Origin: Dehalococcoidia bacterium
Lineage (GTDB): Bacteria > Chloroflexota > Dehalococcoidia > Plut-88900
DNA length: 64,000 nucleotides
NCBI GenBank assembly: GCA_965249275.1
Contig: CBDFLQ010000005.1
Location: 323,030 to 387,029 of the forward strand
Reading direction: 5' to 3'
Shown piece after piece: positions 19,232 to 28,914 of this stretch. Every line of letters starts with the position of its first letter. Within the stretch, counting starts at the first letter, position 1. The notes beneath the pieces are model-generated. The model worked only from the letters and a program-made list of their open reading frames with translations. It made no database searches and had not been told where the DNA came from. The translations under genes and the position numbers were made by a program.

Positions 19232-19456
19232 TTAACAGGGCACAGGCTCGTCTACCTCTTCGCCTTCAATGGCGGTGAGGGCCTCTTCGAGCATGTGCTC
19301 CTGGACGAGGATGCCGCAGGGTCGGATGGAGACGCCAAGAAAGGCGCTGGTGTCGCCGGGATTGAGGCGAAATGGAATACCGTTGTAGGAGAGGAGGCCA
19401 CCCCACATTTCGGCGATGATCTGGTCGGGGGCGGTGGCTACTAGGACCCACTTCAT
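19232..19456 (-). CDS. DUF2007-like small protein
   Basis: 74 aa. The W..V....D...A....G.L...GIP pattern resembles the DUF2007 family. Lies immediately downstream of dnaE. Confidence 0.5.
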   Translation of the reverse strand: MKWVLVATAPDQIIAEMWGGLLSYNGIPFRLNPGDTSAFLGVSIRPCGILVQEHMLEEALTAIEGEEVDEPVPC

Positions 19457-19477
19457 TTTCGGGCGACCTTTCCGGGT

Positions 19478-22400
19478 CTAGGCCCCGGCTAGTGTGATGG
19501 CGTCATCGCCGAGGCGGGGGGAGAGGAGCTTGACGAGGCGGGGGGAATACTCCACCTGGACGCCGGGGACCTCCAAGTGAGTGATTCGGGAGCGTTCTTC
19601 GATTTGGAGGAATAGGGCACTGGGGCCGGGACACTGCCTGGCTATGGTTAGGGCGTCTTTGAGCATCTCGGCGTCCTGGGTGTCGTCTCCCGTGGCGCGG
19701 ATTTTGAGCCAGACTTCGCCGGGGGTGGTTGGAGGGGGATGGATTCCGGCCTCCGCAGGAATGACGGTGGGGGTGGGGTGAGCGGCACCATTTTCCGATT
19801 CCCGATTGGTTGAAACTGGTGCAGGTTCAGGATAAGCGGGCGGGGCTTCCCCATTCCGCTCGGTTGATCCTTCGATCCGCCTCGGCGGACCTGCGGCAGG
19901 GCGAGGGGAATCCTCACCGCTCCGATTGGCAGGCTCAGGGAGAACGGCTCCATTTGCTGTTGGTTCAATAGATGGTTCGACGCCGGAGGGAATGGATTCA
20001 CGCCCCGGCGCACGCCGAGGCGCATCTTCGACATCTTCAACGGGCTCGGGGGCCGGAATGACGGGAGGAGTTTCGGACTCGTCGTCTTCGGTGGGGAGAT
20101 CGAACTTTTGGACGGAGTTGCAGTGGACGGAAACACGGTCACCGTTTCGGAGGCGGACCCTACCTTCCACTTTGAGAATCGATCCATCAACCCAGAGGGC
20201 CTGGGTCCTTTGGTAGACCTCTTTCCAACCGACGACCTCAATGGAGCCGGAAATGTCCTCCATGACCGCAGCGCCGAAGGGGTCGCCTCTTCTTGTGGTG
20301 CCAGTTCTAAAGGAGGACAGCTGCCCGACCAGTATCACCTTTTGCCCATCCTGCTCGGGGCTGATATCTCCGCACATGTTGGGCTCGATGTCGCCGAGAT
20401 TGCGGTTAATGCGCGAAATGGGACTTTCGGCGAGGCTTGCGCCGAGCAGCTCTTTCTCCCAGGTCTCGGATTCGCCGGGCTGAATTCTTATCCGTTCAAG
20501 CTCAAGCTCGGGGAGGGGGGTTGCGACGGACGCACCCCATAGGTCGAACATAGTCGTTTGGCCTGAGTTTTTCAAGTCCGATTCCCTCTGGGACATGGAG
20601 AGGATACGGTCGATTCCCCCAAGCAGGGAGCCTCGGTCTTCCAGGGAGTCCAGGGCCCCGACTTTTATTAGGCTCTCCAAGGCCCGCTTGTTGAGGTTGT
20701 GCAGGTTGGCCCTGCGGCACATGTCCTCGACGGACTTGAACGGGCCATCTTCCTGCCGGGCCTCGACGAGGGGGCGTACTGCTCCATCGCCAACGTTCTT
20801 GACCGCAGATAGGCCGAACCTGATGGAGCTGGACCCGTTGTCGCGCTCCATGGTGAAGTCGATGTCGGACATGTTGATGTCGGGGCGGAGGACCTGGATG
20901 CCGAGCTTGCGGCACTCTTCCACTGCCGAGGAGGTGTGATCGGACTGGCTGGGGTGGCAGGTGAGGAGGGCGGTCATGAACTCCACGGGATAGTTGGCCT
21001 TCAGATAGGCAGTCCAGTAGGAGATCATGGCGTAGCTGACGCTGTGGGCCTTGTTGAATGCGTAGCCGGCGAAGGGCAGTATCAGTTCGAACATGTACTC
21101 GGATAAATCCTGGGGGAACCCCTTGGCCTTGGCCCCTTCCAGGAACCGTTGCCGCTCCTCTGCCATGAGGGAGGCTATCTTCTTTCCCATCGCCTTCCGC
21201 ACCACGTCGGCCTGACCGAGACTGTAGCCGGCAAACATTCGGAGGATAAGGAGCACCTGGTCCTGGTAGACGATGACGCCGTAGGTCTCCTCGAGGATGT
21301 CGGAGAGGGCGGGGTGGGGGTAGGTGACCTCGGCGCGCTGGTGCTTGGCTTCGATGAAGCGGGTTATGTGCTCCATAGGGCCGGGTCGGTAGAGGGCGAT
21401 CATGGCAGCCACGTCATTGACGGAGGTCGGCTTAAGCTGCTTGATGTATCTACGCATCCCCGAGCTTTCCAGCTGGAAGATGCCGGTGGTCTCTCCGCTG
21501 GAGAGGTGGTCGAAGGTCCTTTTATCGTCGAGGGGGATGTCGTTAAGGGACATCCTGGCGCCCCCGCTCTTGGCGATGATGTCCAGGGCCTTGCCAAGGA
21601 TGGTGAGGTTAATGAGGCCGAGGAAGTCCATCTTCAGGAGGCCCAGCTTGGCGATGGGGTCCATCGAGAACTGGGTTACGGCTATCTCCTCACCGTCGCT
21701 GCGGGATGCGCGCTGGAGAGGAACGTAGTTGGTGAGGGGTTCCTGTGAGATGACGATGCCCGCGGCATGGGTGCTGGCGTGTCGGGCCACGCCTTCCAGC
21801 TTCTGGGCGGAGTCGACGAGCTTGCGGACAGCGTGGTCCTGGTTGTAGGTGCTGCTAAGGTCGGGGCTGGCCTTCATGGCTTCGTCGATGGACTTGACCC
21901 CGAATGGCACCTGCTTGGCCACGTTGTCGACGATAGAGTAGGGCATTCCAAGGGCGCGCCCGACGTCCCTTAGGGCGGCGCGTGCGCCAAGGGTGCCGAA
22001 GGTAACGATCTGGGCGACGTGCTCGGCCCCGTACTTGCGGGTGACGTAGGCAATGACTTCGTCCCGACGGTCGTCCTGGAAGTCCAGGTCGATGTCGGGC
22101 ATTTCGTTGCGCTCGATGTTGAGGAAACGCTCAAATACGAGCCCGTACTCGAGGGGGTCGATGTCGGTGATGCCGAGGCAGTAGAGGACTACGCTGCCGG
22201 CGGCGCTTCCCCGGACGCCGAACAGGATGCCGTTCTCCCTGGAATAGGAAGTAATGTCCATGACGACCAAGAAATAGTTAGCGAACTGGGTCTTCTTGAT
22301 GACGTCCAGCTCGTCGAGCAGGCGGCGGCGGGCGTTCTCTCCCGCTCCGGGGTAGAGGCGCCGGAAGCCCTCTTCGCAAAGGGTTGCAAGATAGTCGTCG

Positions 22401-23266
22401 GCGTCTTCGCCGTGGGGGGTGGGGTAGTGGGGGAGGCGCAGGCGGTCGAACTCGATGGAGAGGTCGCACATATCGGCGATGCACATTGTGTTCTCAAGGG
22501 CATCGGGCAGGTCGGAGAAGAGCTGGCGCATCTCCTCGGGTGTCTTGAGATAGAGGGAGTCGTCGGACATCTTCAGACGCTTCTCGTCCTGGACGTTGGT
22601 GTTGGTCTGGATGCAGAGAAGGATGTCCTGGACACTGGCCTCGTCGCGGTGGATGTAGTGAACGTCGTTGGTGGCGACCAGGGGGATTTCGAGATCATGA
22701 CTGAGGCGGAGGAGGCCCTCGTTGATAGGGGTAAGCATGTCGAGGTCGTGGCGCTGGATCTCCAGGTAGTAGTCCTGGAAAACTTCACGGTACCAGCGGG
22801 CGGCGGCATAGGCGTCGTCCATACGGCCTTCCAGGATGGCGCGCGGGACCTCGGCGGTGGGGCAGCCGGAGAGGACTATGAGGCCCTCATGGTGCTGTTC
22901 GAAGAGGGCCCTGTCCATGCGGGGCTTGTAGTAGAAGCCCTCCATGTTGGCCTTGGTGACCAGCTGTATGAGGTTGCGGTAGCCGGTCTCGTTCTTGGAG
23001 AGGACGGTCAGGTGGTAGGGTGACTTCTCGGAGGGGGTCTTGGTACGGCGGTTGCTGTGGGCGACGTAGACCTCACAACCGATGATGGGTTTGACGCCGG
23101 TCTTGCGGGCAGCGGAATAGAAATCGATGGCGCCATAGAGGTTGCCGTGGTCGGTTAGGGCCATGCTCTCCATCCCCAGGTCCCGGGCCCGCTGCATAAG
23201 GTTTGGGATGCGGCAAAGGCCATCCAACAGGCTGAATTCGGAATGGAGATGAAGGTGTGTATACAA
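19478..23266 (-). CDS. dnaE: DNA polymerase III alpha subunit, with a repeat-derived C-terminal insertion
   Basis: 1262 aa. PHP domain start MYTHLHLHSEFSLLDG, polymerase core and OB fold. A 124-aa low-complexity insert precedes the last 80 aa. Confidence 0.95.
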   Translation of the reverse strand: MYTHLHLHSEFSLLDGLCRIPNLMQRARDLGMESMALTDHGNLYGAIDFYSAARKTGVKPIIGCEVYVAHSNRRTKTPSEKSPYHLTVLSKNETGYRNLIQLVTKANMEGFYYKPRMDRALFEQHHEGLIVLSGCPTAEVPRAILEGRMDDAYAAARWYREVFQDYYLEIQRHDLDMLTPINEGLLRLSHDLEIPLVATNDVHYIHRDEASVQDILLCIQTNTNVQDEKRLKMSDDSLYLKTPEEMRQLFSDLPDALENTMCIADMCDLSIEFDRLRLPHYPTPHGEDADDYLATLCEEGFRRLYPGAGENARRRLLDELDVIKKTQFANYFLVVMDITSYSRENGILFGVRGSAAGSVVLYCLGITDIDPLEYGLVFERFLNIERNEMPDIDLDFQDDRRDEVIAYVTRKYGAEHVAQIVTFGTLGARAALRDVGRALGMPYSIVDNVAKQVPFGVKSIDEAMKASPDLSSTYNQDHAVRKLVDSAQKLEGVARHASTHAAGIVISQEPLTNYVPLQRASRSDGEEIAVTQFSMDPIAKLGLLKMDFLGLINLTILGKALDIIAKSGGARMSLNDIPLDDKRTFDHLSSGETTGIFQLESSGMRRYIKQLKPTSVNDVAAMIALYRPGPMEHITRFIEAKHQRAEVTYPHPALSDILEETYGVIVYQDQVLLILRMFAGYSLGQADVVRKAMGKKIASLMAEERQRFLEGAKAKGFPQDLSEYMFELILPFAGYAFNKAHSVSYAMISYWTAYLKANYPVEFMTALLTCHPSQSDHTSSAVEECRKLGIQVLRPDINMSDIDFTMERDNGSSSIRFGLSAVKNVGDGAVRPLVEARQEDGPFKSVEDMCRRANLHNLNKRALESLIKVGALDSLEDRGSLLGGIDRILSMSQRESDLKNSGQTTMFDLWGASVATPLPELELERIRIQPGESETWEKELLGASLAESPISRINRNLGDIEPNMCGDISPEQDGQKVILVGQLSSFRTGTTRRGDPFGAAVMEDISGSIEVVGWKEVYQRTQALWVDGSILKVEGRVRLRNGDRVSVHCNSVQKFDLPTEDDESETPPVIPAPEPVEDVEDAPRRAPGRESIPSGVEPSIEPTANGAVLPEPANRSGEDSPRPAAGPPRRIEGSTERNGEAPPAYPEPAPVSTNRESENGAAHPTPTVIPAEAGIHPPPTTPGEVWLKIRATGDDTQDAEMLKDALTIARQCPGPSALFLQIEERSRITHLEVPGVQVEYSPRLVKLLSPRLGDDAITLAGA

Positions 23267-23432
23267 AGATAAATGCCCCGCCCGGCACCTCCGATTATAT
23301 CATCGGCACCCCCTGAAACGGCGCTGAAGAGGGGTTGTTTTCGGTGATTTCGGAGCAGTAGGAGAGCCTCGTTGACACCCCAAAACCGCTTTGCTAATCT
23401 CGACGCACTTTTGCTGTGCGAGGTTATGAAAA

Positions 23433-24371
23433 GTGATACTGGTTACGGGAGCGACGGGCTTTATCGGGAGGCGGATAGTGACGCGGCTGGTGGAGCGAGG
23501 AGAAGAGGTGAGACGGCTGGTGAGGCCGGTGCCCAACCCTCGAGCCTCGGGGCTACCGGCGGTCCACTTCGTCACGGGGGACGTGACCGATCCCGACTCT
23601 CTGCGGGCTGCCTGCGACGGTGTAGATATGGTAGTCCACACCGTTGCGGTAATCAGGGAGAAGGGCCGGACCACGTTCGAGGCAATAAACGTGCAGGGGA
23701 CGCAAAACGTGGTGGAGGCGGCAGTGCAGGCCGGCGTGCGCAAGATAGTCCACCTGAGTGCGATTGGTGCGGGGCCCGACCCTCAATATCCTTATCTGAG
23801 GTCGAAATGGGAGGGCGAGGAAGCAGTAGTCAACTCTAAATTGAGACACGTTGTATTGCGGCCCTCGCTGGTGTTCGGGCCTGGGGACGAGTTTATAAAC
23901 GCCCTGGCTGCAACGATCAGGGTCGGGCCGGTGGTCCCGTTTATCGGGTCGGGAAATACGAAGTTTCAGCCGATACACGTTGAGGACGTGGCACGGTGCG
24001 TGGACAGGGTGCTGATTGACGGCACCTACACCGGAGAGACCATCGAGATCGGTGGGCCGGACATCCTCAGCTACCGGCAGATAACGGACACGATCATCCG
24101 GAGGTTTGGCCGCATGCGGATTAAGGTGAGAGTACCAACTTCCATGATGCGTGCGGCGCTTCCGTTCCTGAAGATAGCCTCGCCTCACCCGCCGATCACT
24201 CGGGTTCAGTTGGACATGCTGAACATCGACAATGTGTCGGCGCACAGGTCCGTGGAAGCCAACTTCGACTTTCAGGCCCGCCCGCTAGATGGGAACATCG
24301 ACTACATCCTGGACATGGGATGGAAGGAAGCCCTGTCCATAACGCTGGGACTCCGGCCCGCGAGAAGGTGA
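23433..24371 (+). CDS. NAD(P)H-binding atypical SDR (NmrA/NDUFA9-like)
   Basis: 312 aa. ILVTGATGFIGRRIV Rossmann motif. GTG start. Confidence 0.8.
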   Translation: MILVTGATGFIGRRIVTRLVERGEEVRRLVRPVPNPRASGLPAVHFVTGDVTDPDSLRAACDGVDMVVHTVAVIREKGRTTFEAINVQGTQNVVEAAVQAGVRKIVHLSAIGAGPDPQYPYLRSKWEGEEAVVNSKLRHVVLRPSLVFGPGDEFINALAATIRVGPVVPFIGSGNTKFQPIHVEDVARCVDRVLIDGTYTGETIEIGGPDILSYRQITDTIIRRFGRMRIKVRVPTSMMRAALPFLKIASPHPPITRVQLDMLNIDNVSAHRSVEANFDFQARPLDGNIDYILDMGWKEALSITLGLRPARR

Positions 24372-24450
24372 CGGGGGGAACGCAAGTTTGACGTCCCCGG
24401 ACACCCAGGGCTGTGTATGTTAGGCCCGACCTACATTTGGAAGGCTCACT

Positions 24451-25155
24451 ATGACCTTACGTTTGCGTTCCATAGCCATACCGTTGGCGCTAATCATTTC
24501 ACTGCTCGCGGTCTGGTTACTTCTCCAGCCGGAGCGGAGCTACGCGTGTTCGTGCATATGGCCGGACTCACCATCAGAAGAATTAGCGAACTCTGCGGCA
24601 GTATTCATGGGCAGAGTCGTCTCGGTACGCGAATTCGAACGAGGAGACAACAGTGCAAACAGTCTTGATCCGACGACTGTGGAGTTCGATGTTCAAACTG
24701 TCTGGAAAGGGTCGAATTACAGCACTATGTTCCTCACGACCTTTCGAGACGAGTCCGCCTGCGGTTTCCAGTTCAGAGAGGGGGAGACTTACGTTGTCTA
24801 TTCGCACGACGGTTCGACCGTTAACATCTGTAACCGGACGCGTAGACTGTCGGATGCGGCGCCAGATCTGGCCGAGCTGGGGGAGAGACGCATGCCTGCT
24901 GAAGGTACAATAGCACCTACTCCTGTTTTGTCGGAGTACTGGCGCAGACTTTCAGAGGCAGCGGATGATACGACCGAGCAAGGAGAAGGAGATGCGCTGG
25001 CTCAGAGTACAGTCACTCCAACTCCCGTTTCGTCGCAGAACGAGAGCGGTGGTGGATGTGGTCGTTCAGCTGACAGGCCTGATATATCCGCCATAGGGCT
25101 GATGGTTGGCTTCGCTTTGCTCGGACTGAGAAAGAAACCGTCCGGCACGAGTTGA
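24451..25155 (+). CDS. Secreted TIMP/NTR-like (OB-fold) protein with C-terminal Gly/Cys motif + TM anchor
   Basis: 234 aa. Signal peptide, then a mature N-terminus CSCIWPDSP...AAVFMGRVVSV. Later motifs are VWKG, ESACGF and VNICN, in the same order as the TIMP N-domain. The tail is GGGCGRSADRPDISAIGLMVGFALLGLRKKP. Confidence 0.55.
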   Translation: MTLRLRSIAIPLALIISLLAVWLLLQPERSYACSCIWPDSPSEELANSAAVFMGRVVSVREFERGDNSANSLDPTTVEFDVQTVWKGSNYSTMFLTTFRDESACGFQFREGETYVVYSHDGSTVNICNRTRRLSDAAPDLAELGERRMPAEGTIAPTPVLSEYWRRLSEAADDTTEQGEGDALAQSTVTPTPVSSQNESGGGCGRSADRPDISAIGLMVGFALLGLRKKPSGTS

Positions 25156-25391
25156 CCCGCGCCGACCTTGAACCGAATGCCCCCCCAATTACCGGGACCC
25201 TGAGTCTGGAGACTCGGGGTCTTTCATTAAACGCTATCGGTAACAAATGCAACGGAGGCCTGTTGTAGCTGAAGTTGCACGACCTGTTCGAAAGGAGTCG
25301 AAGAGAAAGTGATCCAACAGGACAACTCGCCGATGGCCGACCTGACGGGTAAAATAGAATGAACGCTGTCGGCTGCGGTTAAGGAGACCTC

Positions 25392-26726
25392 TTGGACTAT
25401 CGCTCCGCCCTGAAATACATACTGGGGCTCACCAACTACGAAAAGTCGTTGAAGGAGCTTTACTCGCCGGGGAATGTGGACCTGGAGAGGGTGAGGGAGC
25501 TGCTGAGGCGGCTCGGTTCGCCGGAGTCGGGGTTGGGGATTGTGCACATCGCCGGGACGAAGGGTAAGGGAAGCACGGCAGCGATGATTTCTTCCGTCCT
25601 GCAGAAGGCCGGGTACCGAGTCGGGCTATTCACCTCCCCCCACCTCCACACATTCCGGGAGCGGGTGCAGATAAACAGGGAGCCTATCTCGGCGGAGGAC
25701 TTTGCGGGGGCGATGGAGAAGGTGAAACCCCACGTCGAGGAGATCAACGCTGTCGGGGAGCATGGTTACATCACAACCTTCGAGGCGCTGACCGCTATGG
25801 CGTTGCTCTACTTCGCTGAGAAACAGGTGGAAGCCCTGGTATTCGAGGTCGGGGTGGGGGGGAGGTTGGATGCCACGAACGTGGTCACTCCTGAGGTGAG
25901 CGTCATCACGTCGATAAGCCGGGACCACACCGAGCTGCTGGGCGAGACTCTGCCGGAGATAGCCGGAGAGAAGGCGGGGATAATCAAGGAGGGGGTCCCG
26001 GTGGTGGTCGCGCCTCAAGTGCCAGAGGTGGAAGAGGTGATTGGGTCGATAGCGCTGGAGCGGGGCTCGGAGATGGTGAACGTGGGCCGGGAGTCGGTGT
26101 GGAGGGCGTTGGGGCACGACGACCGGGGGCAAAGCCTGCTGGTACGAGGTTTCGAGAATGAATACAGGATCTCGATGCCTCTTCTCGGGGACCATCAGCA
26201 GGAGAACGCTGCGGCGGCTATAGCGGCACTGAGCGTGCTTCGACAGAAGGGGTGGCACATCTCAGAGGCTGACGTGCTGGACGGATTCGCCGACCTGCGT
26301 TGGCCGGGTCGGATGGAAGAGCTCGGGCGACGGCCTTTGGTTATAGCCGACGGGGCGCACAACGGGGACTCGGCGAGGAGGCTGCGGGAGGCGCTGCTGA
26401 AGTACTTCGAATTTGGGAAAGTGGTGCTGGTGGTGGGGGTGTCGGCGGACAAGAACGTGGATGACATAGCCTCGGAACTTCTGCCCCTGGCGTCGACGGT
26501 GATATTGACGAAGTCTCGGCACATGAGGGCGGCAGACCCAGCCGACATAGCGGGGGCCTTCACCCGACCTGATATAATCGTCGAGGCTACGGGGAGCGTG
26601 AAAGAGGCGCTGGAAAGGGCGCGGGAGATAGCCTCCGAGGAGGACCTGATCTGTGCCACTGGCTCGCTGTTCGTGGTGGGAGAGGCGATAGAGGCGGTGA
26701 AACGGGTGCCTGTGGAGACTTATTGA
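25392..26726 (+). CDS. folC: Folylpolyglutamate synthase / dihydrofolate synthase
   Basis: 444 aa. HIAGTKGKGST P-loop and Mur-ligase architecture. TTG start preceded by AAGGAG. Confidence 0.9.
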   Translation: MDYRSALKYILGLTNYEKSLKELYSPGNVDLERVRELLRRLGSPESGLGIVHIAGTKGKGSTAAMISSVLQKAGYRVGLFTSPHLHTFRERVQINREPISAEDFAGAMEKVKPHVEEINAVGEHGYITTFEALTAMALLYFAEKQVEALVFEVGVGGRLDATNVVTPEVSVITSISRDHTELLGETLPEIAGEKAGIIKEGVPVVVAPQVPEVEEVIGSIALERGSEMVNVGRESVWRALGHDDRGQSLLVRGFENEYRISMPLLGDHQQENAAAAIAALSVLRQKGWHISEADVLDGFADLRWPGRMEELGRRPLVIADGAHNGDSARRLREALLKYFEFGKVVLVVGVSADKNVDDIASELLPLASTVILTKSRHMRAADPADIAGAFTRPDIIVEATGSVKEALERAREIASEEDLICATGSLFVVGEAIEAVKRVPVETY

Positions 26727-26926
26727 ATGGGGCTCTCTAGGAACACTTTCACCCTCACCCTCACCCTCACCCTAGCCCTCTCCCATCGAGGGAGAGGGGA
26801 CTGGACCTCCCCGCCGCCCCTCGGAATGAGGATTATGCAAAGGTCTCATCGACGGAGAGGGGATGGGACCTTCCCCGAGTATCCGGGGAGGCAGGTTGTG
26901 CAGGCTTGTAAGGAAGGCACACTCAG

Positions 26927-28216
26927 TTGACGACTAGTCCATCGGAAATTCGACCTCAGTTGACCGACTATAGGGGCCGACCGCGGGTGGTGGTGACGGG
27001 TCTGGGGGCGGTGACGCCGTTGGGGCGGACGGCCCAGGACTTCTGGAAGAACCTGGTGGATGGAGTGTCGGGGATAGGGCCGATGACGCTGTGCGACACG
27101 ACGAACTATCCGACCAAGATTGCCGGGGAGATACCGGACTTCAACCCGAGGGACCGGCTCGACGCCCGGGACGCGCGGCGGATGTCGAGGTTCAGCCAGA
27201 TAGCGGTGACGGCGGGGCTTATGGCCGTCGAGGACTCTGGGCTGAATATGGAGTCGGAGGACCCGTCGAGGCTGGGAATCGTGCTTGGCAACGGGTGCGG
27301 GGGCTTTCCGGATATCGAGGACGGGGGTCGAACAGTCGAGACCAGAGGCGGGATGCGGCTCAGCCCATTCTTCTTCCCGATGATCCTTCCCAACATGGCC
27401 ACATCGCAGGTGAGCCGGATACTGGGGTTGAAGGGGTTCACGAACACGGTCACAACATCGTGCGCGGCGGGGACACAGGGGGTGGGAGACGCCCTGGAGG
27501 TGCTCAGGCGGGGCTCGGCGGACGTGATGGTGGCCGGAGGCACGGAGGCGGGGATCAGCCAGCTGGGGCTCGGGGGGTTCAGTGTGATGAGGGCGCTCTC
27601 CACCAGCAACGAGGTACCGTCGAAGGCCAGCAGACCCTTCGACGCGAAGAGAGACGGGTTTGTGCCGGCGGAGGGCGCGGGCATCCTGATAATGGAAACG
27701 CTGGAGCACGCTCTAGGCAGGGGTGCAAACATCCTCTGCGAGGTCACGGGCTACGGGGTCTCCTCCGACGCTTTCCACATGGTGCAGCCGGACGACGAAG
27801 GTTCCGGCGCGGCTCGGGCAATGAGCTGGGCCATCGAGGATGCCAACGTCCGGCCCGACGAGATCGACTACATAAACGCTCACGGGACGTCGACGCCGCT
27901 TAACGACTCGGTGGAGACGCGGGCGATCAAGAAGGTGTTTGGGGAAGCGGCGTACAAGGTGGCGATAAGCTCGACGAAGTCGATGATCGGGCATGCGCTG
28001 GGCGGGGCGGGGGGCATGGAGTCGGTGGCGTGCGTGATGACGATAGTTGACGGGGTGATGCACCCGACGATCAACTACGAATACCCGGACCCCGAGTGCG
28101 ACCTGGACTATGTGCCTAACGAGGCGCGCCGGCAGACGGTGGGGAAGGTGCTGTCGAACAGCTTCGGGTTTGGGGGGCAGAATGCGTGTCTCGTGTTTGA
28201 GGGGTACGAGGGGTAG
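26927..28216 (+). CDS. fabF: 3-oxoacyl-ACP synthase II
   Basis: 429 aa. Active-site TSCAAG. HGTSTPLND and STKSMIGHALGGAG motifs. Confidence 0.9.
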   Translation: MTTSPSEIRPQLTDYRGRPRVVVTGLGAVTPLGRTAQDFWKNLVDGVSGIGPMTLCDTTNYPTKIAGEIPDFNPRDRLDARDARRMSRFSQIAVTAGLMAVEDSGLNMESEDPSRLGIVLGNGCGGFPDIEDGGRTVETRGGMRLSPFFFPMILPNMATSQVSRILGLKGFTNTVTTSCAAGTQGVGDALEVLRRGSADVMVAGGTEAGISQLGLGGFSVMRALSTSNEVPSKASRPFDAKRDGFVPAEGAGILIMETLEHALGRGANILCEVTGYGVSSDAFHMVQPDDEGSGAARAMSWAIEDANVRPDEIDYINAHGTSTPLNDSVETRAIKKVFGEAAYKVAISSTKSMIGHALGGAGGMESVACVMTIVDGVMHPTINYEYPDPECDLDYVPNEARRQTVGKVLSNSFGFGGQNACLVFEGYEG

Positions 28217-28412
28217 GATAGCCTCGATATCACTCTCACCCTAGCCCTCTCCCATCAAGGGAGAGGGGATTGGACCCCGCCCATTCCGTTCTTGAGACCC
28301 TTCGACTCGGCTCAGGGCGAGCGGAATACCCCACACCTCTGTAAAAGTAGATGACAATGGACCAGGCGCGTCACGCCTGGTCCATTTGCATTTCTCAGGA
28401 AATGGCGAGCGG

Positions 28413-28661
28413 TTAGCTCTTTACGTATTCGACGCGGGGGAGCATGGGGTCGAACATGCGCTCGAGGGCCATGGTGTGGCTGCACATGTTCCAGGAGGTG
28501 AAGAAGCCGCAGTCGCATCTGAGGATGCCGTCGTCATAGGTGACGTTGTGGCGCTGGTGGGCACCTCGGAAGCTAAGGCTGAAGTTGTTGAACTGCACCC
28601 TGTCGGGCTCTTCAGCGTAGGCCTTGGCCTTCTGTATCTTACCTATGAGACTTGACTGCAT
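28413..28661 (-). CDS. SWIM zinc-finger small protein
   Basis: 82 aa. CDCGFFTSWNMCSH fits the CxCx(n)CxH SWIM signature. Confidence 0.65.
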   Translation of the reverse strand: MQSSLIGKIQKAKAYAEEPDRVQFNNFSLSFRGAHQRHNVTYDDGILRCDCGFFTSWNMCSHTMALERMFDPMLPRVEYVKS

Positions 28662-28914
28662 GTGCTCTCCTCACGGGTTCACTCTGCTGCGGACTCCCAA
28701 GGAATCTTGCGCCGGGCCCCGGGGCCTATTCGATTTTACCTCCCACCCTAACCTCGGTCAACGCGCGCAGGGCGTATGGGGCGGTTGCCATATGACTATC
28801 GAAAGAGTCACGGACAATCAAATGGGAACGGCTTTGTGTTTGATTGTTTGCGGGCAACAGGCACGATTTTTGATTGTTCCTTCTGCGCCGGGACTCTCGT
28901 TCTACATCGGGGGG

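Noticed and set aside
22019-23023. 334-aa plus-strand ORF, plus several other 100-200 aa ORFs inside 19.5-23.3 kb
   Set aside because: All are antisense to dnaE. The Gly/Val/Asp-rich composition is typical of reverse-frame translation of a GC-rich gene.
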